Assembly: GCA_000934665.2 (NCBI GenBank)
Contig: KZ538489.1
Location: forward strand, 1-64,000
Reading direction: 5' to 3'
DNA: 64,000 nt
Source: Catajapyx aquilonaris
Taxonomy: Eukaryota
Shown here: in pieces, positions 23,649 to 36,400 of the stretch
Layout: every line of letters starts with the position of its first letter
Position numbering within the stretch: the stretch's first letter is position 1
Notes under the pieces: model-generated
Seen by the model: only the letters and a program-made list of their open reading frames with translations
What the model was told of the DNA's origin: nothing
The model's database searches: none
Program-made: the position numbers and the translations under genes

Positions 23649-25537
23649 TCCCGATTAGCAGTCGAACAACTTATCCACTCCACCAAACTGCTTCCGTGCA
23701 ACAGCCATATGTTAAAGTGAGCAATAAATATTCTAACAAAAAGGTGGCACTGACCTGCAACACCTGTGCAACATAATTCACACAATTCAGCCAGACACTT
23801 CCAAAAGCAATATCTGCCATTTCCCTTTCAGTCTAATTTGATCACACGCCAAATTAGACTTTATACAACATACTGTCCCTTAATAATTATTTAAAACAAC
23901 TCCGTTGTTACCCTTTGTCCTCTTCTTTACGAACAGCACGAAGAAGGAAGCTTTCATTTTATCATCCCTGATATCAGATATGAATAGGTTTATCCCTGCC
24001 AACCCCAAAAATAACCGCAACACTTTAATTAATCCACGGCAACATGCCATTCCTATCCAGGCAGCACAACGCAACAAAAATATAACCCGCACTTGTATAA
24101 CGCACCTTTTTGTAGTCGCAAGTTAGTCAATCAGTCCATCACTCTGCGGCTTCCCTCTACCTCATCTCCATACAGTAACAATACAACTGGCATTTAGTCC
24201 ATCCAATAATTTGCGCGTCATCATTCAACAAACGTTAATTACTCAAGACTCCTGCAGCACCAATGTCATCGAACACTCGCACTTCCGGGTTGTTACGCCC
24301 ATCCATGTGTTGCTCTCATGCCATACCGCGTGAGTTCCCAGGTCCGCCCGTGGTCGTTAACAGCCCCGAGGCAGCCTCCACGCCGGTACACATCGCTAAA
24401 CAGCCGTCAACTACACCCAGCCATAGAGGAGCCACAGAGAGTGGGGAAAGGTCACCCGGTTCATTCACTGCATCCGGACCATTCCAAACAGGCTACTCAA
24501 TGACCACCAGCAGACGAAAACCCACATTCGGCCATGTTGGGTGCGGTGTTGCCACGTCTTCAACGATAAGCAGCGGGGTGGGCGGGCAAATCAAACGACT
24601 GTTGGACACGGTGTTCTTGCATGCAAACCTTGGTCGGAGTCGATTAATCGGGGGAAGTTGTGTCGTGTCTATTGACGGTTTCTTAGAGAGCGTTCTGCAT
24701 GCTCTAATGCCACGGAGGAATATTTTATACGCAACTAACCAAATATCTTGTAATACACTGCCACCGCAAAGGGATTATTAAGCATTATTACTCTAAATAT
24801 ACATTCATTGTAAGATTTTGTAATTCAAATAAAGTATACGGGACCATTACTTCCTCCTGTGAAAAATGAGCGTAATCACTTTAGAGCTGCCTATTTCAGC
24901 CTTGACGGGATATGGGCATCAGAAAGGGTGGTGGGGAGCATGTCAGTTCAGCGGAAAACTGGGTCGTCATAATGGTTGGTACTCACTTGCCTACCTCCTA
25001 CTGACGGAAATAGACTGGTCTGAACTCTGAAGTTGCGCAATTTAATCAGGAACTCCTACATACATCTTGCAGGTTGTAGTACAGTAGCACAGATAGCAAT
25101 ATCATAAAGCAGTGAAGGCTGTGAAGTAGAACTCCTAAGCTATATGGAGATACTGTGCAAAGAATCTCGTGTGACATTTTAAATTGCGGCTATTAACGCC
25201 AACCATGTATATACGTACGTCAATATGCCCAGATGTCACTCTCTTAGTTGTTCCTTTTTAAAATATTTGCTTCTTTTTTATGTGGGGTGTTGAACAATAA
25301 TAGGCACTAATAACAAGAATACCAAGAAGATATATAACAATAATTTCACAGTAGCTGAAATGTTGTTGTAGGGCACCTGAAGTGTCGCTGCGAATTTTTA
25401 AAAGTCGCACGTTTCCTAGCAGGCATTTGTTTATAACTTGTTTTTCGAATGGTGAGCAATTTCGGCTATTGAAAGTCTGGTTCTTCGGATCATAACAGTC
25501 ATGGGTGTCTCCACATCATCAAGAGCACAATGTTTAA

Positions 25538-25901
25538 CCCCTTCAACTACCAGATAGGTCCGAACCACATAGATCGCAAAATACGACGATCTCAGCAAAT
25601 TTGTCTGGCATGGTTCTCAAGGTTGTTGTTCCGCATATTGTCACGCATTTCATAATTCAATCAGCCTAACAGTTGGTCGGCAGTACTCTAATTTCGAGTT
25701 TTTATGTCCTGTTTTGGAAATTAATTTAGGGACTTCTATAGACGAGTAAAATTGTTCCAGACACATTCACAGTGTTTTCCCTTATTGGGTAAGTATAATA
25801 ATTATAACTGTTATTATTTGTCAAATATCTTGTGCGTATCTTCGGAGTACGCGTAAGACAAAATCTATGTGGTTCGGGCCTACCTGCTGGTAGCGAAGGG
25901 G
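25538..25901. mobile_element. piggyBac-type MITE
   Basis: TTAA|CCCCTTCAACTACCAG...CCGAACCACATAGAT ... ATCTATGTGGTTCGG...CTGGTAGCGAAGGGG|TTAA. Confidence 0.8.
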
Positions 25902-27939
25902 TTAAAAGCTGTCAGAGCACAACAGCCGCAAGGCTTGGGATTGACAAATTTTTCATGTAGGGTACTATAGTGAGTTATTAGAAAGGCAAGTCCGATAATA
26001 ATTGAATCGGTCATTTTGAAAAGGGGTCATATCCTCTGGAAATGCGCTGGAGATGACCCCTTTTCCAAATGACCGATTCAATTATACCAGTAGCCTACTC
26101 TTGAAGCTACAAGCATGCAACAGTTCTATCATACCACATTAATCACACTGCTTTTTTAAATAGAATAGTTACAGCATTATGCAAAAGTTGGATAAAAACC
26201 TTACACAATATTTTCAACCAATTACTGTATGATGAAAGATATCTCGAGTGAGAGGAAGAGCATGGGAATTATTCCCTACTAGTGGGAATGAGTAGATTGG
26301 ACCTGCAGATGCCGGAAATGGCTACATGATATCAACGTACTGTATGGGATCATTTACACACCAAGGAAACCTGACCCAGTCCACTATTAATACTAATCTT
26401 GGTTTCTCGGCACAGTATTGCCAATCCTGACGGCTGATCACAGGACATCATGCCTGGATAATTCTGTTGGCACCAAGCAACAGAATCCGTTCACATTGTC
26501 CTAAAGAAACTCGTTCATATGCCGGGTAGCAAATCAACCACTGGATTAAATAAATGAATAGTAAATCTTACAGGAATCCGGGATTTTACCATTATGATGT
26601 TCCGGAGTGTCCTGTCAAACTGACAATGTGAGAGTTTGTTCACATTGACACAATGTTTACGTTCTTGTTGAAGTTGAATGCAGCGACGTTTCAGATCATT
26701 ATGTTCATTTAGCAAAATAATGTGTCTCGTGCAGTCTGGTGCATAGTTTCTACCTTCATGATCATTGCTCGTACCGGTACTTGAGACTGCAGTGTGCAAC
26801 GCGAGGGCAAATATTTGAGAGGCGTCCAAGTCAATCTGCCTAACCTTCGTGAAACCAGACGCATGAAAATGGGTGCTAGTGTCCAGAATTGGAATAGAAT
26901 GTAATTCCCCGCAAGTTGTTGTGCACCCTTGACCTTGCTAGGCAAATATCGGGACTTGCCCCCCACCCTGCACCCCTATAAGGAGGAAATAAAAAATGCA
27001 AACACGTAAAATCATCCTTCCAGCACACCCAGTGACGTTAGTAACACACACGTGTGGTAGTTACAGCCTATTGGTTTATTCGGACCACTCCCAATGGCAC
27101 CACCTTAATTTCCAGATAGGTCATATGTCTCTACATGGATCAGATAATGCGAATTTCTTGTGCGTATGCGTATAATTTGATTTACTCCGAGACACACTAC
27201 TGCTAATGCTGCGATTGTTCTTCTGTATGAGTAACATTTACATTATGTACAGTACTTGTTCGTGCCAGATGGGGTGCAGTATACATATTTGCGTACATAA
27301 ATTCCTGACTACTGACAGCAAGAAAGATCTGGACGCAATGCAAATAATTCTGACGCATCATAAAAAAAATAAGGAATGATATCTCATTGTCGCGAAATGT
27401 ACACAAGGACACTAATGATACTGAAGTAATGTGACACCCATTAAGTATAAGTTATCGTGCAAGTATTTCATCAGATATTATTTTTATATAATACAAATGA
27501 GTATCAACGGAGCCTGGAAACAGCACTATTTCTGATCATGGATTGTTTCCAGGTATCTTATTTCAAAGGGGCAGACATCCCACGTATAATACCATCATTA
27601 TCATCATTATGGTGTAATTGTTGTGAACAAACATTGCCCTTCTAAAGTTGGGTCATCAATCCCAGTTGGAATTATTTATATACAGTATACTTATCATCCT
27701 CTCTGTTTTTAGTATTGCTGTCTTACCATTAAAAATCAACATGCGTCATTTATCAGGTAACTAAGTCGTCCATGTTATCAGAATGTTGGCCTTCGAAAAA
27801 CACATGCTGCAGAAAATCTGCTGGAAGGAGTTCCCGTTTATCAGCTAATGAGCGACGCACATGCAGTAAATGTTGAAATCCGAGTTGCTCCCGACATTCG
27901 TTGGTGTCCATTATCCTAAGAGAGGAAGGTGACCCTCAC

Positions 27940-28560
27940 CATAGTGTGAGAAAGAGTGGGGAGGAGGAGGGGGGGGCTGTAATTAAATCGGAATGGGGTG
28001 AAGGAGAAGCAGGAAGGAGGTCTATTGGTGTCGTGCGATGCTTTTGTCACAGCTAGTCTACCCAGTAGCTCAGTCGCTCCTCTGAAGATGATGGACCAAC
28101 ATACTTCAGACCTTAGCTGCGACCAGCACTTTCTCCAGGTGCCGGTGTCTGTTCCAATCAACTATGACCAGTGGAACACACCTTTTCCAGAGGGCATTAT
28201 CATGGCACAATCTGGTCGAGACACGGACCTATGGAGGTGCATCCGAAACTTCTGGCAGAGATATAGGTCAGGTCTTTTCCGCCACTCTATCTATAGACTC
28301 TGGGTGCACCTGCCCTATATAAGGGCGCTTGCCAATTCCCATTTTGTACAGGTGGGAGTAATAGAGTACCTTTCTTGTTGTACAGGAATGAGTGCTTATT
28401 ATAACGGTAAAGACTAGCATGTCAGATCTGGTTCGCAAGGTTAGGGAAAAGTGGAATCGTGACTCCATGACACTTGTTGAATTTGGAGGTGTTATGGTGC
28501 TAAGCTCGTTGCGTGTATTGTTGAATCATAATTTTAGTGTTGATATTAGGGTGAGTCTTT
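27940..28560 (-). mobile_element. Possible decayed 3' end of a non-LTR retrotransposon
   Basis: Minus-strand remnant LRTRSDMLV...SHLYKMGIGKRP...ESID resembles the C-terminal LRTGH...SHLHKIGI region of RNase-H-bearing LINEs; heavily degenerate. Confidence 0.3.
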
Positions 28561-30428
28561 TTTTTCTATTTTGTTGGTGTGAGGGAGTGGAAGTTAGGGT
28601 GCATGATGCGAGAGAAATGCTGTGGCCTATTTTTGGAGACGGTTCCGGAATTCGCTGGAGTTGACCAAGGTAAACCACGAGTCCTTGGCCAGGAGAGTCT
28701 GTCCTGGAAATCGAACCCGGAACTGCAGACCCAGTGCTAGCGACAATTTGGTTTTCGTTGCAGTTTGATGAACCAAAATTAGCATGCGTTTCTGGGGAAA
28801 TATGGCAGTGTTGGAAATACAGTTTTGTTTTTGCCAATATCTGCGAATATCTGAATATACCGTATATGAAATTGTTATTTTTAAGTCATCCCGCCTGCAC
28901 TTATCTAGCACCGGGTCATAATAGTTGCGGAACAAAATATTGTCATCCTGGATAACCTATCTTTGTTGTTCTATAGGTCGGCAGATATTTGTTTATAAAT
29001 CCTTCACCCGTTTCTGTGGTAATTCATACGCGAATGTTGCGCCGGCACTCGATGCGGTGCAGAAATGGAATCCTAGCAAAGGACTAATTTTATGTACCTG
29101 AAACGATAGTCTTATCCACTGCACCAGTCTTCCTCGATATTATGCTGTGAACATGTCATATTACAATGAAGATTCACCTGAAATAGTTTGCAAAAGCAGG
29201 AGCATAATTCAAGTTTGATGTCTGACGCCCTCAGTACGGATTAGAAGATAGTGCATGTAAGTCTTTACAAAATATCATTCCGGTCATCATCCACACAATG
29301 TAGGGTGTTGTGTAACAGGTCACATTGTGTTACGTGCAATGATAATTATTTTAGTAATATGCAGGAGTAACACACCTGTGGGATTTTTATTAATGCCGAC
29401 TAAATTAAATTACTACGAGAATTTCACTAGCAATGTGAGTTTAAATTTTTGTTCATTATTTATCGTATGCGCTACTGTTCCGCTTAAAGCCAAAGGTTTT
29501 CAGAGGCCACGAGTATTGAAATCACTCGTGCCCAAGAGTTATCGACCAGGCATTGAACTGCTGCAGTAGACAACTCACTGCCTACAAAACTTAGCTACAA
29601 AAAGTACTTGTAGTATCATAGACGCCATCTGCAATCACAGTAATTAGTCATTTCCAGTTTTCTGGTACGCAACATCCCTTTTGTTCTCCGTGAGCGGCTG
29701 CGAATAGGAAAATGAGCCTTAACTAGCACAACGACATTGATCTTTGATGCTCAATAAGGAAAACGTTAAGAAAATGATAAGGTCGAGGTCAAGCGAGTTC
29801 AACTACTCGTGTCAAATGTTATCACCTTGGCTGATAAACAAATGCACGGGAAAATTGCCAATAAATGAGCAGGTCATTATCAAAACCGGGCTGTCTGTTT
29901 TATAATGAAACTCTCATAAAAACACGAATATTCAAATTCAGTGCTTTTACGACCCACGTCCCCCCAGTGGGAGGTACCTATACCAATTTTGAATTTGTCC
30001 CATATTATGGGAAATAGGGATATCCAATTGGTCAACTCATTTTTGTGACATCTTTGAAGCTGGTTTTGATAATGACCTACTCGTATGACAAATGTGCCCG
30101 TGATGCAATGCAAAGAGATAAAAAGAGAAGGAGGCAACATAATGACGTGAGAATCCGGGTCCTCGTGTCAATGCATGTGCCTATATGATAAGTTGATGAC
30201 AAGGATTTTAATTCATGAGCACAACCAGACCCTATATATACTGTAGGAACGAGAAAGGTGTGTAGCGATGGCGCTGCAACGAAGTGGTTTCTCTTGGCAA
30301 CATGTACTCCGGTATGTTCCGCAGCTTCACCGTCAACTGTTACAAATCGATCTTCCATGTGCAGCTCTGCTCTTCAAGGTGTTTCTATATAGCATTTCTC
30401 CTACAGTGGACCAGTGTGGACCTGCGAC

Positions 30429-33400
30429 ATGGAAAACTGTGACCATCAAACCAAGATGTGCAAGTGCATGTTCACTAATCCAGTCAATGTACCAGAAGTT
30501 GATGTCAATGGGTAAGTTACGAATTTTTGTATTGTGCTATCATCTATCTCTTACCAACGATTCGATCAATCGGATGCAAGTCGTTGATTTATTTGCCAAT
30601 GAATTTATCATTATTAATCCGAATTTTTCCCATAATAAATGCAAATAAAATTAATTTCAATGGGATTTTAATTAATGTTACAGGCATATCTGCCTCGATC
30701 CTTGTTGTAGGTTAATGTGATAAAGAATTGGTCTCCATTAGGTCTATCTTCATGCCATAAAAATATTGTGCTTGCAATATTCTTTCTGATAAGGCAGTGT
30801 TTACCCACAGCCGGCAGTGGATTAGCGCTGCCTTATAAGCTTGGAATCACTAGAGTTTTCTCAATTCATTAAATATTGTCCTATGCATAATTACGTATTA
30901 TGAATAATAGCAGCAGGAATTTGAACACGATTCTGAGTCATACAGGTGTCAGGCAGTCGTTACCTGTAAAATCAATCTAAATGTTAATAACATTTTAACA
31001 GTTAACTAAACGATTGGTGGTGGAATTAAATTATTTAATGAAGTTCCTGAGCAAAATATTTTGGTGCTGAAAACATTATCACTTCTTGTTGTCAACAATA
31101 TGTAAGGTAACACTGTTCTGCAAAAAAAAAACACTCACTTTCGCTCTTTTGAAAACTTTTATGTGCTTTTTATGGATGTTGGGGTGCTGAATCCGAATCC
31201 GTCAACAGATTTGCTCTATCGCGTACAATTTTTGAGATATATCGTTTTAAAACTTTGGACAGTTTACTAGGGGTCTTTCCGAATCAAGTGGGCCTAAATG
31301 TTGTTAGACCGCCTCGGATCTTGGTGAAAATAATCCCAGATGTACTCAACTATTCCTTAATGCTGCATATAAAAAATCCGCCATATTGCTCAATACTATG
31401 ATGAGGGAGAAAATCGCAAACATCTGGAAATGGCCGAAAATGAGGCCTTTTTTGGAGAATTTCTTTCGGTTAGTGGAAGTGGTCAAACCCAATGAACATA
31501 TATATCAAAAGAAAGGGAAACACCATGAAAATGCGCCAATGGAATTAGGTTTCCTCTAAAATGTAAAAATAAAATTTTATACCATTTCATTGGTCACTTG
31601 ATCAGCCACATGCCCAAGAATATATTGTGACCTCAACAGCATGTTCTGCAGCAAAATTATCTCTTGGATAAAAGCAGGTGTACTATATAGATTAAGGTGT
31701 GGTGAATCCAGATCGGAAGTCAGAATGGCTCTATCACGTACAGCTTTTGAGAAAACTCAGATTTTGGGAGATACGACGGAGATAAGTGTCGTATCTCCCA
31801 AACCGTCCAAAGTTTTAAAACGATATATCTCGAAAATTGTACGTGATAGAGCAAATCTGTTGCCGTATTCGGATTCAGAACCCCAAAATCCATAAAAAGC
31901 ACATAAATGTTTTCAAAAGAGCGAAAGTGAGTGTTTTTTTTTTTTTGCAGAACAGTGTAATTTACGGGCAAACTGCAATCGAAATAGGTTCTTGGAATCT
32001 TTATTCACGTAGTACTTTTTCATCCAGAACGAAAGACGCAAACCCCATCGATCCTAGCAGCGTTCCTCGTGTCCTCCGCCGAAACAGCAGCTTGGATAAG
32101 TACCAAACCCCTATGAAACATCATGAGAGCAGGGTATTGGTTCTCTACACTGGAGGTACAATCGGCATGACCCGCAATCAGAAAGGAGGTATAGTACGAA
32201 AATAAAATTTTCCAATTGAATATACTGCACAATAAAGAGTCTTGATAATCCGGGAAAACGAGATCGATATTTAAAGCTCCGGATGGTAATATTAGAGCCA
32301 AGAGAATACAATCAATGCATATGACATTTCTTACAGCCTTGCAACCGACGCCAAAAGCCTTGGAAGCAAATATCCGTAACCAGTCAAACCTGCATGATGA
32401 ACTTTACGCAAAGCAGCACTTTCCCACCACAATTGAAGCACCTTTGGTACTTCCGTAAGTACCATTTTTTTTACTTTGAATAGGGGTCTCGAAACTGAAG
32501 AATTATTTTGTTGAACAGGGATGTCAGGGAGAAGCGTCGTGTGGTATACACCATATTTGAATACGAGCCTCTACTGGACTCCAGCAATATGACCATGGAT
32601 GATTGGATCAGAATTGCCAACGACTTGAAGGTCAGGCATTACTTTATAATGTGGGTGCATTGTAACCAAATTAAATATTTCAGGAGGCCTATGAGTTATT
32701 CGACGGTTTTGTGGTCCTGCACGGCACAGACACTCTGGCTTACACAGCCTCCGCACTTTCCTTCATGCTGGAAAACCTGGGAAAGAGTGTTATAATCACA
32801 GGGTCTCAGATACCACTCTTCGAATGTCGCAGCGACGGCCGAGATAATCTTCTGGGAGCCCTGATCTTGGCAGGAAATTATTGCATTCCCGAAGTATGCG
32901 TGTTCTTCGCACACAGGCTGTACAGGGGCAACAGGACCACTAAGGTTTCCACTGGTAACCTCCCTGCTTTTGATTCTCCTAACTGTCCTCCGCTTGTTTC
33001 GCTGGGTATCCAGATCCAAGGTACAGTACAGTATATTCGGTGTCAAAAATTTCCGAAAAAGTCCTAGATTATATCGCAAACGTCTTTTGCAGTTGATTAT
33101 AAAGGAATTTTCCGTCCGACTACCATTGAGAAATTCAGGGTCCATGGTAAGCTCAATAGGAACGTCGGACTTCTTCGCATTTTCCCCAGCATCACTTATC
33201 AGACCGTAAGTTTTTTGATGTACACAAGAAATATGTGAATATGATTCTTGACCTCGAATGCAGGTGAGGGCCTTCCTGCAACCTCCCATTCAAGGAGTGA
33301 TCCTCCAGACGTACGGAGCCGGTAATGTTCCTTCAAATCGAAGTGACATAATGGACGAATTGAAGAACGCGTCCAATAGCGGCATCATAATCGTCAATTG

Positions 33401-36400
33401 CACTCAATGCAGCCAAGGTGCCGTCATGACCGAGTATGAAACCGGAATGGCCCTGGTGGAAGCAGGGGTCATTCCAGGATCAGACATGACTCCTGAAGCT
33501 GCCCTAACCAAACTCAGCTATGTGTTGGCCAAAGACGAATGGGACATTGACACTAAGCGGAAGGTAAGAAAATAATCCAGCAGCCTACCCTCCTTAATCC
33601 ACCTTTCTGCCAGATGATGCAAGCAAATCTACGAGGAGAACTAACCATCATCAGACGAATGCGTCTTCATGAACTAGAACTCCTGAAGGCCGTGGCTCAA
33701 TCTCTCCAGGTCTCCACTTCAGAAGAGGTTGACTACCTCCGTGATCTACTAGCTCCAGCTATGCTATGCGCCGCAGTAATCAAATCCGATATTCAACTAC
33801 TAGAAGCAATCAAAGAATACGTAAGTGCCTAAGCCAACTGACTTTTATTGAGTTATGTAATGCTTCGTTTGTAGGGTGCTGACCTGTCTTCCGGCGACTA
33901 CGATGGTCGCACCCCGTTGCACGTGGCTAGTCGTGAGGGCAATGCTGAAATTGTGGAGTATCTTCTACTCAACGGCGCTTCTGTACACGCCAAGGACAGG
34001 TCAGATTGATCGCTTGCACGTGTATGTGTGTTTTTTTTAAAAAAGTCGATTAAATACCATTTATGATGTTATTACAGGCGAGGCAACACGCCTTTGATGG
34101 ACGCAATCGAGTGTGATAGGCTGGACGTCATCACTCTGCTTAGGAACTGTGGGGCACATTTGACATTAGATCCGCCTGAGCTGGCGTCTTTGGTCAATAG
34201 GTAGGATATGATTATGCAATACTTGGCAGATGAACTTTCAGAACTAATTATTCTTGTTCGTCAGCTGTGTGGCGACAGGCAATATTGATCGCTTGAAGTC
34301 TTATCACAAGGCGGGTGTTTCCTTCAATGTGGCGGATGAGACTGGGAGGACACCACTTCATGTGGTAAGAATAAGATGGTTTTGATAGTTCATGACGGGT
34401 GCAGCTATGGGAGCATTCCGGAGCATTCAGTCTTTCAGAAGGGCTGTACAGTATCACATTAAGCAATACTTTGGCTGTATGTGTCGATATGAATGCATTG
34501 TGCAGTATGTTGTCAACGATTCAAAGTTATAAACCTTAAAAATATTACCAGTATTTAGTCACTTGAAGATGCGAATATACGGTATCATACTGTATACTTA
34601 CAAAACACAAATCTGCCTATAATATCAAAACGTATAGTAATTTTATGTCATTTTATAGCTCTTTCCACGCTGATTAAAAAAATAAACTTAAAGTCCGTCT
34701 ACAGTTTATGTAATATCACGCAAAGATTATGAGAAAATTATGTTTTTCATTTCGGTGTCGTGGGAGTTTATTTCACACTATGTGAGCCCTTATAATTTTT
34801 TTATTCGCGTCAACGTAACGGTATAGGCCCTAATAAATAGAGGTTTGTACACAGACATGATCTGAAATAATTTATAACTGCTCCGTATCGATCATTAATG
34901 TTATACGTTATACCGGTATACTGTATATTAAAATATCACTTCTGTGTCCTAGAGTATAAAATAGTGCTTATACATGTCCTGTCCTCGAAAACTGTCCACG
35001 ATAATATAAAAAGCCGGTGTTACGAACAAGGTTGCAACTCAATTCTGCATAAAGGACAGTCGAAAAATCATTATTGTCCGGACAAGGCCATCGGCGAAAT
35101 AACGACCCAAGAACATGTGGCAAAACCTGATAAAAAAGACGCGACTTTGACATTAAGAATCAACCAGTCGAGGAAACATAAAAAACTGTATGAAGCTGTG
35201 TGTCACCATAAGCTGTATCAGCAATGTAATCTAATCAATGGATGACCGGTGATCTGATGATCGTGTCGATTATTTTTCAGCAAAGAGTTAGCAAGTGTAA
35301 CGAGATAATGTCATAATTATTATTCTCTTAGGTACTATAACAAATACATGATGCACCTTCAATAAGAGTCGATGTGGTTGGCCTGTCCGTTTTGTTGTAA
35401 ATAATTGACACCATTGGGTGTTTCTAAAAAGGTTATGCCACACAATTATAATGTGCACGATATTCTGCATTTGCATAATCAGCGACACCAAAGCATAGTA
35501 AAACCTATGACACTTAAAAGTTACAAGGAGGAAATGAATGCATATATACTGTATAATATTATTCAACAATAGAACATAAATTATTTCAGTCGCTGTGGAA
35601 CTATTGGTGGTGGAATATATCCCACTAGCAATGTGTTGCACAAGGTTATGTGTGAATATGATCATTAATGTTTCAAATGATTTTTTTTGTATGTAATCTT
35701 AAAATATGTAAACTACCACCTTATTGGCCGATGTAATTAATTTAATTAACCCCCACCAATATTGTAAATTTTATTCGTTTACCACTATTCTGGCTGATAC
35801 AGAAAAATATATGTTTACATTTTTATTCAAAAATAATATTATTTGCTCGAGCCGTAGGTCAGATCGCCAAAGTAATGGCGCCTTACATGATCACATCTCT
35901 TTTTTGTTCTGTTGCTCCCCCGAGTATTTTTTGGGCACGATATTAATATTTCCTAACCGTAATAAGAACAGAGCTAAGGAACGATCTTACTGTATTATTC
36001 AGGTTGTATCGACCCAATGCATCAAAAATTCCCTTTTTCTCTAAATATAGTTGAGCACTAGTTTTCCACCTAGTCACCAACACCTGGACTTTACTTGTCA
36101 CACCACTGCGGTGAACGAACTTTCTATCTTGCCAAGTAGTCAGAGTCCTAACACCTCAAGAGAAGCCACGCAGCACATTTTTAGCAGAGTTAAGACTCAG
36201 AAGTTTTTACATTAGCCATTACTGGTATGCAGCAAAGATTTTGCAAAATTAGGAGAAGGACCTTTCCATGTGAGAAAGGTGCCACATTATAGGGTAAAGG
36301 ACGGAGGCAGTGATGCAGTGAGTACAGTTTAGTAGTAGAACCTCGATAAGTGGGTGAAATCGATTCGAATCGCACCGATATGCTAGGGAGTGGTGACTAT

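Noticed and set aside
24263..24781. 172-aa Ser/Pro/Thr-rich ORF as a gene or the missing BCKDK exon
   Set aside because: No recognisable domain, no G1/G2 boxes and no clear splice context; more likely repeat-derived.
32696..33289. 197-aa minus-strand ORF
   Set aside because: Antisense shadow of asparaginase exons; no recognisable features.
34898..35245. 115-aa ORF as an asparaginase exon
   Set aside because: No ankyrin pattern; at most a decayed LINE end.
36004..36044. Terminal asparaginase exon (ttcag|[13 protein letters not shown])
   Set aside because: Phase-compatible but does not continue the ankyrin repeat, whereas 38970-39111 does; not excluded as a minor isoform.
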